Shown in pieces: positions 1-8,744 of a DNA stretch of 32,000 nt. The stretch covers positions 90,001 through 122,000 of the forward strand of contig CAWJMG010000003.1 in NCBI GenBank assembly GCA_963843975.1. Reading direction: 5' to 3'. A program made the translations under genes and the position numbers. Origin of the DNA: an uncultured Actinomycetes bacterium. GTDB taxonomy: Bacteria > Actinomycetota > Actinomycetes > S36-B12 > CAIYMF01. Each line of letters begins with the position of its first letter. The stretch's first letter is position 1. A model generated the notes under the pieces. It saw nothing but the letters and a program-made list of their open reading frames with translations, made no database searches and was not told the origin of the DNA.

Positions 1-1
1 C

Positions 2-463
2 CGCAACGCGCTCATGCTCGTGGGCCTCCTGCCCTCGGACACCGGCGAGGACCTCGTCAAGCGCGTGATCGCGGTCGGCGGAGACCGTGTCGCCTGCTGC
101 AACGCCAAGAACCAGATCACGGTCAACGGCGTGGGCCTCGACGAGTCGGCGTACCTCAAGCCGGGCAGTGCCACCGACCAGGTGCGCTTCGACGTCATCG
201 TGCCGACCGACCGCATCTTCGTGATGGGCGACAACCGCGGCGACTCCTCGGACTCCCGCTACCACCTGGCCGTCGACAACGGCACCGTGTCGATCGACTC
301 CGTCGTCGGCCGCGTGGTCGCGGTCGTGTGGCCGGCGTCTCGCTGGAGCGGCGAGCCCGTGCCGTCGATCTTCGAGAACCCCGACCTCGACGCGAAGGCC
401 GGCAAGGTCGGCACCCCCTCGGCCGCGCCCTCGGACGAGGCGTCGAACTCCGACGGCAGCTGA
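2..463 (+). CDS. lepB: signal peptidase I, C-terminal part (5' end lies outside the window)
   Basis: The frame is open to the window edge. Motifs LVKRVIAVGGDRV and GDNRGDSSDSRYH match S26 signal peptidase conserved boxes. It sits upstream of rnhB, as in other Actinobacteria. Confidence 0.85.
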   Translation, partial: RNALMLVGLLPSDTGEDLVKRVIAVGGDRVACCNAKNQITVNGVGLDESAYLKPGSATDQVRFDVIVPTDRIFVMGDNRGDSSDSRYHLAVDNGTVSIDSVVGRVVAVVWPASRWSGEPVPSIFENPDLDAKAGKVGTPSAAPSDEASNSDGS

Positions 464-465
464 CC

Positions 466-999
466 GTGGACGGCGGTCCGGACGTCACCGCGTGGCCGGC
501 CTACGACCACGAGCGCACGAGCGTGCGGGTGGTGCTGCTCGACGCCGACGGCCGGATGCTGCTGTTCCACACGGTCGACCCGACCATGCCGGAGATCGGC
601 GAGTGGTGGGAGCTGCCGGGCGGCGGCATCGAGCCCGGTGAGTCGTACGCCGAGACCGCGGTCCGCGAGCTGCGCGAGGAGACCGGCTTCGAGATCTCGC
701 TCGCCGTGCTGCCGGATCAGCCGCGCTGGAACCGCGACTCCACCTACGTCCGGCGGCACGTGCGCACGTGGCAGCACGAGGTCGTCGTCGTGGCGCACGT
801 CGCCGGATCGGCGCCCGTGCCCGCCCGGGACGGCCGCACGCCCGAGGAGCTCGACGAGTACGTCGGCCACCGCTGGTGGCGCCCCGAGGACGTCGCCGCC
901 GCCGACGGCACCCGCTTCTTCCCGGGCCGCCTGAGCGAGCTGCTGCCCCGCTTCCTGGCGGGGGAGACGCTCGACGAGCCGTTCGACCTCTGGAACTGA
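466..999 (+). CDS. NUDIX hydrolase
   Basis: NUDIX box GGGIEPGESYAETAVRELREETGF. An in-frame GTG at 466 lies 2 nt after the lepB stop. The longer 328 start in the ORF track would overlap lepB. Confidence 0.8.
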   Translation: MDGGPDVTAWPAYDHERTSVRVVLLDADGRMLLFHTVDPTMPEIGEWWELPGGGIEPGESYAETAVRELREETGFEISLAVLPDQPRWNRDSTYVRRHVRTWQHEVVVVAHVAGSAPVPARDGRTPEELDEYVGHRWWRPEDVAAADGTRFFPGRLSELLPRFLAGETLDEPFDLWN

Positions 1000-1014
1000 C
1001 GCCGTCGTAGGGTC

Positions 1015-1536
1015 GTGGCCATGGACACCCGGCCCGTGATCGTGCGCAGGGCCGCGCGCGTCCTCGCCGTCTCGCCGGCCGGCCGCGTTCTGCTGTTCGA
1101 GGGCGGCGACCCCGACCGGCCGCACGTGCGGATCTGGCACGCGCCCGGCGGCGGTGTCGAGGCGGGGGAGGACGACCGCGAGGCGGCCGCCCGCGAGTAC
1201 CTCGAGGAGACCGGCGCGAGCGTCGAGCTCGGGCCGCACGTGTGGGACCGCCACCTCGTGTTCGGCTTCAACGGCTCGACGTACGACCAGACCGAGGTCT
1301 ACTTCCTCGCCCGGGTCGACGCCGAGCTCGAGGCGAGCACCGCCGGCCACAACGAGGTCGAGCAGCTCTACCTCACCGGGCACGGCTGGTTCTCGGTCGA
1401 CGAGCTCCGGGCGCTGCCCACCGACGACGGGGCCGTGCTGGTGGCTCCCCCCGACATCGCGGACCGTCTTGACGACCTGCTGCGCGACGGCCCGCCGCCC
1501 GCGCCGGTCATGGTGGCGGGGGTGGTGCTGCCGTGA
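1015..1536 (+). CDS. NUDIX hydrolase (second, tandem copy)
   Basis: NUDIX box [24 protein letters not shown]. The stop overlaps the rnhB GTG (GTGA). The start could instead be the ATG at 1021. Confidence 0.8.
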   Translation: MAMDTRPVIVRRAARVLAVSPAGRVLLFEGGDPDRPHVRIWHAPGGGVEAGEDDREAAAREYLEETGASVELGPHVWDRHLVFGFNGSTYDQTEVYFLARVDAELEASTAGHNEVEQLYLTGHGWFSVDELRALPTDDGAVLVAPPDIADRLDDLLRDGPPPAPVMVAGVVLP

Positions 1537-2279
1537 GCGCCGCGCCGTCCCTTCGCTTCGAGCGCGAGATGCTGCGCAGCCGCGGCATCCGCTGGCTCGC
1601 CTCCGTCGACGAGGTCGGCCGCGGTGCGCTCGGCGGGCCCGTCACCGTCGGCGTCGTCCTGGTGGACCTCGAGACGAGGTCGGCGCCCGCCGGTGTCCGC
1701 GACTCCAAGCTGCTCACCCCCGCTGCGCGCGAGCGGATGGTGCCCAAGCTGCAGCGGTGGGCGCCCGCATACGCCGTCGCGCACGCCAGCGCGGCCGAGA
1801 TCGACGCCCTCGGCATCCTGCGCGCGCTGCGCCTCGCGGGGGAGCGGGCCTTCGCCCAGCTTCCCCACCGCCCGGATCACGTGCTGCTCGACGGCTCGTA
1901 CGACTGGGTCACCCGTCCGGCCCCGGCGCTCTTCGACGAGGACGGGGGCCTCGCCGACCTCGACGACGTCGCCGAGCCGCTGCCGGTCACGGTGAAGGTC
2001 AAGGCCGACATGTCGTGCTCGTCGGTGGCGGCGGCGAGCGTGCTCGCCAAGACGACGCGAGACGCGATCATGGTCGGCCTGTCCGCCGAGCACCCGTCGT
2101 ACGGCTGGGAGGTCAACAAGGGGTATGCCAGCCCCGAGCACCTCGACGCGTTGCGACGCCTCGGTCCGTGCGAGCAGCACCGGCGCAGCTGGGCGATCCC
2201 CGGCGGCGACCGCGACCTGTCGCGGGTCGGCCCGGAGACCCTCGACCTGGCCGACGACGACGCGCTCGCGCTTGGTTGA
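1533..2279 (+). CDS. rnhB: ribonuclease HII
   Basis: N-terminal [17 protein letters not shown] catalytic motif and DSKLLT, followed by [10 protein letters not shown]. Conserved position after lepB. Confidence 0.9.
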   Translation: MSAAPSLRFEREMLRSRGIRWLASVDEVGRGALGGPVTVGVVLVDLETRSAPAGVRDSKLLTPAARERMVPKLQRWAPAYAVAHASAAEIDALGILRALRLAGERAFAQLPHRPDHVLLDGSYDWVTRPAPALFDEDGGLADLDDVAEPLPVTVKVKADMSCSSVAAASVLAKTTRDAIMVGLSAEHPSYGWEVNKGYASPEHLDALRRLGPCEQHRRSWAIPGGDRDLSRVGPETLDLADDDALALG

Positions 2280-2300
2280 ATCCTGAACTACTCTGGCCGC

Positions 2301-3170
2301 ATGGCGAGCAGGAGGATCGACCGCGTGCAGGCCAAGCGCCGTCTCGGGCCGGACGCGCAGGTCGACGACAAGGCGATCGTGATCATGCCGACCGACCCGC
2401 GGGCGACCGACCCGTTCCTGGCCCTGGCCGAGGACTGGTTCTCCGAGCCGGGCTTCGAGTGGCACCCGCACCGCGGCATCGAGACCGTCACCCTCGTGCT
2501 CGACGGCGTGCTCGAGCACGGGGACAACGCCGGCCACGCGGGCGCGCTGCAGACCGGCGACCTGCAGTGGATGACCGCCGGCCGCGGGATCATCCACCGC
2601 GAGCTGGCCTACCGGAACGAGCACGCGCACACGCTGCAGCTGTGGCTCAACCTGCCCGGCAGCAAGCGGATGGTCGACACGCGCTACCAGGACGTCCGGG
2701 CTGTCGACCGGCCCACGGTCGAGCTTCCCGGCGTGAGCGTGGACGTCGTGTCCGGCTCGGTGGCCGGCGTCACCGGCCCCGCGAAGAACCACTGGCCGAT
2801 CCACGGATCGGTGATCACGCTCGAGCCCCAGGCCTCGATGACGCACACGCTCCCGGGCGACCACCGGGCGTTCTTCTTCGTGCTCGACGGCGAGGTGTCG
2901 ATCGGCGGGCGCCGCGTGCGCGAGGGCGAGATCGGCTGGAGCGACCCGGTGCCGGGGCAGCCGGCGTCCAGCAGCCTGGAGATCGCGACCTCCGACGGCG
3001 ACTGGCCCTCGCGCGTGATGGTCTACAGCGGCCGACCCATCCGCGAGACCGTCGCCATGGGCGGGCCGTTCGTGATGAACACCAAGGCCGAGGTGCAGAA
3101 GGCGTACGCCGACTTCCACGCCGGGAAGTTCGGCCAGGTGCCGCGGCAGGCGCGCCTCAAGCACCTCTAG
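2301..3170 (+). CDS. pirin family protein
   Basis: HPHRGIETVTLVLDG metal-binding cupin motif and a bicupin-sized length. An alternative GTG start at 2325 has an AGGAGG 9 nt upstream. Confidence 0.8.
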   Translation: MASRRIDRVQAKRRLGPDAQVDDKAIVIMPTDPRATDPFLALAEDWFSEPGFEWHPHRGIETVTLVLDGVLEHGDNAGHAGALQTGDLQWMTAGRGIIHRELAYRNEHAHTLQLWLNLPGSKRMVDTRYQDVRAVDRPTVELPGVSVDVVSGSVAGVTGPAKNHWPIHGSVITLEPQASMTHTLPGDHRAFFFVLDGEVSIGGRRVREGEIGWSDPVPGQPASSSLEIATSDGDWPSRVMVYSGRPIRETVAMGGPFVMNTKAEVQKAYADFHAGKFGQVPRQARLKHL

Positions 3171-3266
3171 GCGCCACTTCCCGCCCCGGGCGGGCGGGGG
3201 CGGCGGCCCCTGGGCCAGGATGGGCGCGGGCACCCGGACGGGTGCGGCGCAGCGCGAGGAGCAGGG

Positions 3267-3582
3267 ATGTCGGCCGAGGACCTCGAGCGGTACGAGAACG
3301 AGATCGAGGCTCGGGCTCTACCGCGAGTACCGCGACGTCGTCGGCCTGTTCCAGTACGTCGTGGAGACCGAGCGCCGGTTCTACCTCACCAACTCCGTCG
3401 ACGTGCAGGTGCGCACCAACGACGGCGGCGACACCTTCTTCGAGGTGCGCATGAGCGACGCCTGGGTGTGGGACATGTACCGCCAGGCCCGCTTCGTGAA
3501 GAACGTCCGCGTCCTCACCTTCAAGGACGTCAACGTCGAGGAGCTCGCCAAGCCCGAGCTGCAGATCCCCGACGGCAGCTAG
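3267..3582 (+). pseudogene. DUF2469 domain protein, reading frame broken by one extra base near 3309
   Basis: MSAEDLERYENEIE is encoded from the ATG at 3267. The rest (LGLYREYRDVVGLFQYVVETERRFYLTNS...DAWVWDMYRQARFVKNVRVLTFKDVNVEE) is in the +1 frame from 3310. Removing one G from GAGGCTC restores a 104-aa DUF2469-like protein. Confidence 0.8.
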
Positions 3583-3722
3583 CGCGTCCCTCCGCCGTCC
3601 CCAGATGGCTGGGGGCGCGTGTCGTCCACACCCTCTCCCGCGCGACCGTCCTGTCGCGTCGTTCCCGCCGTCGAGCCTGCTCGGCGGCGGCGCACCGCGT
3701 GCCGCGGTGAGGAGACGGTGCG

Positions 3723-4100
3723 GTGAGCAGGCCGACGGGTGCCGTGAGGCCCAAGGACGCGCTGGGCAGGATGGGCGAGGAGGTCGCGGCCCGGCACCTC
3801 GAGTCGGACGGGTTCGTCGTCCTCGCGCGCAACTGGCGGTGCGACGACGGCGAGCTCGACATCGTCGCGCGCGACGGCCGGACCCTCGTCGTGTGCGAGG
3901 TGAAGACCCGCAGCTCGAACCGCTACGGCTCGCCCTTCGAGGCCATCACCGAGCGCAAGCTGCACCGGCTCGAGCGGCTCGGGATGCGGTGGATGCGTGA
4001 GCGGGGAGTGCGGCCGGACCGGATGCGCGTCGACATCGTGTCGGTGCTGGCACCGCCGCGCGGGCAACGCGTCATCGAGCACGTGCGGGGCCTGTCGTGA
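3723..4100 (+). CDS. yraN: YraN family (UPF0102) endonuclease-like protein
   Basis: GEEVAARHLESDGFVVLARNWRC..GELDIVARDGRTLVVCEVKTRS matches the YraN family pattern. GAGGAG lies 8 nt upstream of the GTG. The stop overlaps the comM GTG (GTGA). Confidence 0.85.
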   Translation: MSRPTGAVRPKDALGRMGEEVAARHLESDGFVVLARNWRCDDGELDIVARDGRTLVVCEVKTRSSNRYGSPFEAITERKLHRLERLGMRWMRERGVRPDRMRVDIVSVLAPPRGQRVIEHVRGLS

Positions 4101-5660
4101 GCGGCGTGGCGCGCACCCGCGGGGTCGTGCTGCTCGGCGTCGACGGCCACGTGATCGGCGTCGAGGCGCACGTGTCGATCGGCGTCTCGGGCTTCTCCGT
4201 CGTCGGCCTCGCGGACAAGCTGGTGGGGGAGGCGCGCGACCGCTGCCGGTCGGCGGTCCTCAACACCGGCCTCGAGTGGCCAGGCCCGAAGAACACCGTG
4301 GGCCTCTCGCCGTCCGAGCTGCCCAAGCGGGGGCCGACCCTCGACCTGGCGATCGCCCTCGCCCTGCTCGCCGCGAGCGGCCAGGTGCCCGCGGACCCGG
4401 TGGCCGAGCTGGTGGTCGTCGGCGAGCTCGGGCTCGACGGCAAGGTGCGCGCCGTCCGCGGGGCCCTGGTCGCGGCGCTCGCCGCCCGTGCGGTCGGGGC
4501 GAGGCGGCTGGTCGTGCCGGCGGCCAACGTCGACGAGGCCTCGCTCGTGCCCGGTCTCGACGTCGTGGGCGTCCGGACCCTCGCCGGTCTCGTCGCGCTC
4601 GTGCGGGGCGACGACGTGCCCGACGTCGAGCTCCTGCCCGACGTCGACGACCTCGCTGCGGAGCCGTCGCCGGTGGAGGTGCCCGACCTCGTCGACGTCC
4701 GCGGCCAGCACGCGGCCCGCGCCGCTCTCGAGGCTCGCGGCGGCAGGCGGCCACCACCTGGCGATGACCGGGCTCCCCGGCGTGGGCAAGACGATGCTGG
4801 CGGAGAGGCTCCCGGGCCTGCTTCCGCCGCTCGACGAGCAGGCGGCTCTCGAGGTCACGGCGATCCACTCGGTGGCGGGCCGGCTCGGCACGGGCGGCCG
4901 GCTCATCACCGTCGCTCCGTTCGAGGCGCCGCACCACACCGCCACCCATGCTGCGATGGTCGGCGGCGGCTCCGGGGTGCCGCGCGTCGGCCTCGTGTCC
5001 CTGGCCCACCGCGGCGTCCTCTTCCTCGACGAGGCGCCCGAGTTCGACGCCGGGGCCCTCGAGTCGCTCCGCCAGCCGCTGGAGTCCGGCGAGATGGTCG
5101 TGGCGCGGTCGGCGTTCTCCGTCACCTTCCCCGCGAGGTTCCACCTCGTGCTGGCCATGAACCCGTGCCCGTGCGGTCGCTCGGGGGCGCCGGTTCGACC
5201 GGGCGCCCCACCGTGCGCGTGCACGCCGCAGCAGCGCCGCCGTTACCTCGCGCGGATCAGCGGCCCGCTGCTCGACCGCGTCGACCTGCGCGTCACGCTC
5301 GTGCCGCCGACCCTCGCCGACCTCGAGTTCGGGGCGTCGGACGCCGAGCCCAGCGCAGCGGTGGCAGCGCGGGTGGCCCAGGCTCGCGACCGTGCCGTAC
5401 GCCGGTACGCCGGCACCCCGTGGCGGGTCAACGCCGACGTCCCCGGACCTGTCGTACGGCGGCAGTTCGGGCTCGACGCCGAGGCCGCGCAGCCGCTCGA
5501 GCAGGCCCTCGCCCGCGGCCTGCTCTCGGCCCGCGGTGCCGACCGGCTCGTGCGGGTCGCGTGGACCGTCGCCGACCTCGCCGGCCGCGACCGCCCGACC
5601 CGCCAGGACGTCGGCTCAGCGCTCGCCCACCGCGACGGCGGTGCCGCATGGGCGGCGTGA
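4097..5660 (+). pseudogene. comM: YifB/ComM family Mg-chelatase-like AAA ATPase, reading frame broken by one extra base near 4733
   Basis: The N-terminal Lon-like domain (GVDGHVIGVEAHVS..GFSVVGLADK..LDLAIALALLAASG) runs in the frame from 4097. From 4734 the next frame carries AAAGGHHLAMTGLPGVGKTMLAERLPGLLPPL (Walker A), VLFLDEAPEF and LVLAMNPCPCG. Deleting one G at 4733 joins ..RGQHAARAALE to LAAAGGHH.. for about 520 aa. Confidence 0.85.
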
Positions 5661-6754
5661 GCGACGACCGGCGGGCACGGGCGCTGCTGTCGCGGGTGGC
5701 CGAGCCGGGCGACCCGGCGGTCTCCCGCCTCGTCGCCGAGCACGGCGTGCCCCAGACCCTTGAGCTGCTCGCGACCGGCGAGCTCGCCGACCGCTACCGG
5801 GGCCGCCTCCTCGCTGCCGACCCGGACGCCGACCTCGCCCGGGTGGCCGAGGTCGGCGGGCGGCTGCTCGTGCCGGGCGACCTCGAATGGCCGAGCCAGC
5901 TCGACGACCTCGGGGTGCTCGCGCCCTGGGCGCTCTGGGTGCGCGGCACCGTCGACCTGCGGATGTCGGCCCTGCGGTCGGTGGCCGTGGTCGGGGCGCG
6001 CGCCGCGACGACGTACGGCACCCATGTCGCCTCGATGCTCGGCAGCGACCTCGCCGTCGCAGGCTGGACGGTGGTGTCGGGAGGTGCGTTCGGTGTCGAC
6101 GCTGCAGCCCACGCAGGATCCCTGGCCGTGCACGGCGTCACGGTCGCGGTGCTCGCCTGCGGGGTCGACGTCGCCTACCCGCCGAGGCACGACGCGCTCT
6201 TCGCGCGCATCGGCGCCGACGGGCTCCTGGTCTCCGAGGTCCCGCCGGGTGCCGCGCCGCACCGCACCCGCTTCCTCGTCCGCAACCGGCTCATCGCGGC
6301 GTTGACGCGCGGCACGGTGGTCGTCGAGGCGGCTGTGCGGTCTGGGTCGTTGTCGACCGCGCGGGAGGCCGAGCGGCTCGGCCGGCCGGTGCTCGGCGTG
6401 CCCGGTCCGGTCACGTCCGAGATGTCGGCCGGGGTCCACCGCGAGCTCCGGCGCGGCGCCGTGCTGGTGCAGTCGGCCGCGGAGGTGATCGAGGCCGTGG
6501 GCGAGCTGGGGGTCGACCTCGCTCCCGAGCCGAGCGGCCCCGAGGACGCGCGGGACCGTCTTGACCCGCTCGCACGCAGGGTGCTCGATGCCGTCCCCGT
6601 GCGTCGCCCGGCCACGCTCGACTCGGTGGCTCGGACGGCGGGCGTGGCGCCGTCCGAGGCCCAGGCGGCGCTCGGCCTGCTCGAGCTCGACGGGTGGGTC
6701 GAGTCGGGCGGCGGAGGGTGGCGGCTCCACCGGCCGGCTCCGGCGCGGGGGTGA
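5648..6754 (+). CDS. dprA: DNA-processing protein DprA
   Basis: VAVVGARAATTYG...TVVSGGAFGVDAAAHAG...LVSEVPPG..P...FLVRNRLIAAL matches the DprA Rossmann-like core. The ATG at 5648 overlaps the comM end by 13 nt. Confidence 0.9.
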   Translation: MGGVSDDRRARALLSRVAEPGDPAVSRLVAEHGVPQTLELLATGELADRYRGRLLAADPDADLARVAEVGGRLLVPGDLEWPSQLDDLGVLAPWALWVRGTVDLRMSALRSVAVVGARAATTYGTHVASMLGSDLAVAGWTVVSGGAFGVDAAAHAGSLAVHGVTVAVLACGVDVAYPPRHDALFARIGADGLLVSEVPPGAAPHRTRFLVRNRLIAALTRGTVVVEAAVRSGSLSTAREAERLGRPVLGVPGPVTSEMSAGVHRELRRGAVLVQSAAEVIEAVGELGVDLAPEPSGPEDARDRLDPLARRVLDAVPVRRPATLDSVARTAGVAPSEAQAALGLLELDGWVESGGGGWRLHRPAPARG

Positions 6755-6796
6755 CACCGGCGGCGGCCGTCGGCGCGCCGCGTTGACTCCGCGCCG

Positions 6797-7771
6797 GTGC
6801 CCACCGACGGTGGGGAGGTGACGGGTGCGGCGGCGCGGCAGGTCGAGGGGCAGGAGCCCCTGCCGGCCTCGTTCCGCGACGTCCTCGACGCGTTCGGCGT
6901 CCACCTCTCCGACGGGCTCGGCCGCAGCGCGCACACCGTGCGGGCCTACCTGGGCGACATCGAGCGGCTGCTGCGACACGCCCGGGCCAACGGCGCCACC
7001 GACGTCGCCGATCTCGACATCACCGACCTGCGCGGCTGGCTCGCTGCCGAGGCGGCGGGCGGCCACGCACGGGCCACGATCGCCCGCCGCGCGGCGGCGG
7101 CGCGCACCTTCACCTCGTGGGCGTTCCGCCGCGGGTACTTCGCGAGCGACCCCGGCGACCGGCTGGCCACCCCGGCCGCCCACCGCCCGCTGCCGGGGGT
7201 GCTCAAGCAGAGCGAGGCGAGCGCGCTGCTCGACGTCGTCACGACGCGCGCCGACGACGGCGACCCCGTGCACCTGCGCGACCGGCTGATCCTGGAGATC
7301 CTGTACGCCACGGGGATGCGGGTGGGTGAGCTGGTCGGCCTCGACCTCGACGACGTGGACGGCCGGCGCCGCACGCTGCGGGTGCTGGGCAAGGGGGCCA
7401 AGGAGCGGGTCGTGCCCTACGGCGGCCCTGCCCAGGAGGCCCTCGACACCTGGCTCGCGGACGGCCGCCCGAGGCTCGTCACCGCCGCCTCCGGGCCTGC
7501 GCTGCTGCTCGGCGCGAGGGGTGGGCGGCTCGACCCGCGCACGGCCCGCGACCTCGTCCACCGCATGCTCCGGCACGTTCCGGACGCCCCCGACCTGGGC
7601 CCGCACGGCCTGCGCCACTCCGCCGCTACGCACCTCCTCGAGGGTGGCGCGGACCTCCGCTCCGTCCAGGAGATCCTGGGGCACGCTACGCTCGCGACGA
7701 CACAGATCTACACGCATGTCAGCGTCGAACGGTTGAGGTCAACGTATGAGCAGGCGCACCCCCGGGCCTGA
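6797..7771 (+). CDS. xerC: tyrosine recombinase XerC
   Basis: C-terminal [39 protein letters not shown] carries the tyrosine recombinase catalytic motifs. The N-terminal SAM-like domain includes [13 protein letters not shown]. The start is uncertain (6797 or 6818 GTG). Confidence 0.85.
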   Translation: MPTDGGEVTGAAARQVEGQEPLPASFRDVLDAFGVHLSDGLGRSAHTVRAYLGDIERLLRHARANGATDVADLDITDLRGWLAAEAAGGHARATIARRAAAARTFTSWAFRRGYFASDPGDRLATPAAHRPLPGVLKQSEASALLDVVTTRADDGDPVHLRDRLILEILYATGMRVGELVGLDLDDVDGRRRTLRVLGKGAKERVVPYGGPAQEALDTWLADGRPRLVTAASGPALLLGARGGRLDPRTARDLVHRMLRHVPDAPDLGPHGLRHSAATHLLEGGADLRSVQEILGHATLATTQIYTHVSVERLRSTYEQAHPRA

Positions 7772-8741
7772 GGGTGTCGACGACGCCCTCGAGGTCGAGG
7801 ACGACGCTGTCGACGACCCCGGAACTGGCGACGACGCCGTCGTGGTCGACCCTGAGCTCGCGGCCGAGGTCCCCGAGCTCGGCGCCGACGACATCGTCGA
7901 CATCGCCGCGCTCGACGCCATGGACCTCTCGCCCACGGACGACGAGAAGGTCGCGGCCAAGGCCGAGGGCGACGCCAAGCTGCGTCAGCTCTGGGAGGAG
8001 TTCAAGGGCTCCGGCGACCAGGCCCTGCGCGAGCGCCTGATCATTCACTACTCGCCGCTGGTGAAGTATGTCGCCGGCCGCGTGGGCGTGGGTCTCCCGC
8101 CGAACATCGAGCAGAGCGATCTCGTGTCGTACGGCATCTTCGGCCTCATCGACGCGATCGAGAAGTTCGACCTCGACCGCGCGATCAAGTTCGAGACCTA
8201 CGCGATCAACCGCATCCGCGGCGCCATCATCGACGAGCTGCGCTCGATCGACTGGATCCCGCGCTCGGTGCGCTACAAGGCCCGTGAGGTCGAGAGGGCC
8301 TACCAGGCGCTCGAGGCCAAGCTCCAGCGCACGCCGACCGAGGTCGAGGTCGCCGACCAGATGGGCATCCGGCTCGAGGAGCTGCACTCGATCTTCAGCC
8401 AGGTGTCCTACGTCAACGTCGTGGCGCTCGACGAGCTGCTGCACGCGGGCGGTGGCGACCGCGGCGACAAGATGACGCTCGGCGACACCCTCGAGGACCC
8501 GAAGGCCCCGGACCCGATCAACCTGTTCGAGGGCGAGGAGACGAAGTACATCCTCGCGAAGGCGATCAATCTGCTGCCCGAGCGCGAGAAGGTCGTCGTC
8601 ACCCTCTACTACTACGAGGGCCTCACCCTCGCCGAGATCGGCCAGGTGCTCGGCGTCACCGAGTCGCGCATCTGCCAGATGCACACCAAGGCCGTGCTCC
8701 AGCTGCGCTCGCGCCTGGCGGAGTCGCACGACCTCGACTGA
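7746..8741 (+). CDS. whiG: RNA polymerase sigma factor, WhiG/FliA (sigma-28) family, with an acidic N-terminal extension
   Basis: Region 2 ([53 protein letters not shown]) and region 4 ([29 protein letters not shown]). GAGG lies about 9 nt before the ATG at 7746. Position between xerC and rpsB as for Streptomyces whiG. Internal starts near 7845 or 7920 are possible. Confidence 0.8.
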   Translation: MSRRTPGPEGVDDALEVEDDAVDDPGTGDDAVVVDPELAAEVPELGADDIVDIAALDAMDLSPTDDEKVAAKAEGDAKLRQLWEEFKGSGDQALRERLIIHYSPLVKYVAGRVGVGLPPNIEQSDLVSYGIFGLIDAIEKFDLDRAIKFETYAINRIRGAIIDELRSIDWIPRSVRYKAREVERAYQALEAKLQRTPTEVEVADQMGIRLEELHSIFSQVSYVNVVALDELLHAGGGDRGDKMTLGDTLEDPKAPDPINLFEGEETKYILAKAINLLPEREKVVVTLYYYEGLTLAEIGQVLGVTESRICQMHTKAVLQLRSRLAESHDLD

Positions 8742-8744
8742 CGG

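Noticed and set aside
3220-3582. An intact 120-aa ORF from the ATG at 3220 as the DUF2469 gene, implying no frameshift.
   Set aside because: Its N-terminal 30 residues look like frame noise, while the family-typical MSAEDLERYENEIE is present in another frame immediately upstream of the junction. I therefore prefer the frameshift interpretation.
4097-6754. An 885-aa single ORF spanning comM and dprA, which could be read as a fusion protein.
   Set aside because: The first about 212 codons are the ComM N-terminus, and the last 369 are DprA starting at its own ATG (5648). The middle about 300 codons are Arg/Pro/Gly-rich out-of-frame translation of the ComM AAA domain, which is cleanly encoded in the 4488-5660 frame.
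5243-7717. An 824-aa minus-strand ORF antisense to dprA and xerC. Similar long shadow ORFs are 259-1383(-), 1154-3454(+), 1368-3233(-), 12449-14320(-), 15073-17115(-), 18990-20213(-), 24870-26648(+) and 3923-5224(-).
   Set aside because: Their low-complexity Arg/Ala/Gly/Pro-rich translations carry no recognisable motifs. Each fully overlaps a gene with strong family signatures on the other strand or frame, the expected stop-codon-poor shadow frames of high-GC DNA.
6797-7771. A tyrosine recombinase as a marker of an integrated mobile element or genomic-island boundary.
   Set aside because: The sequence and the conserved dprA-xerC-whiG context identify it as the chromosomal dimer-resolution recombinase XerC. 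It has no flanking att-like repeats, tRNA, or phage or transposon genes.
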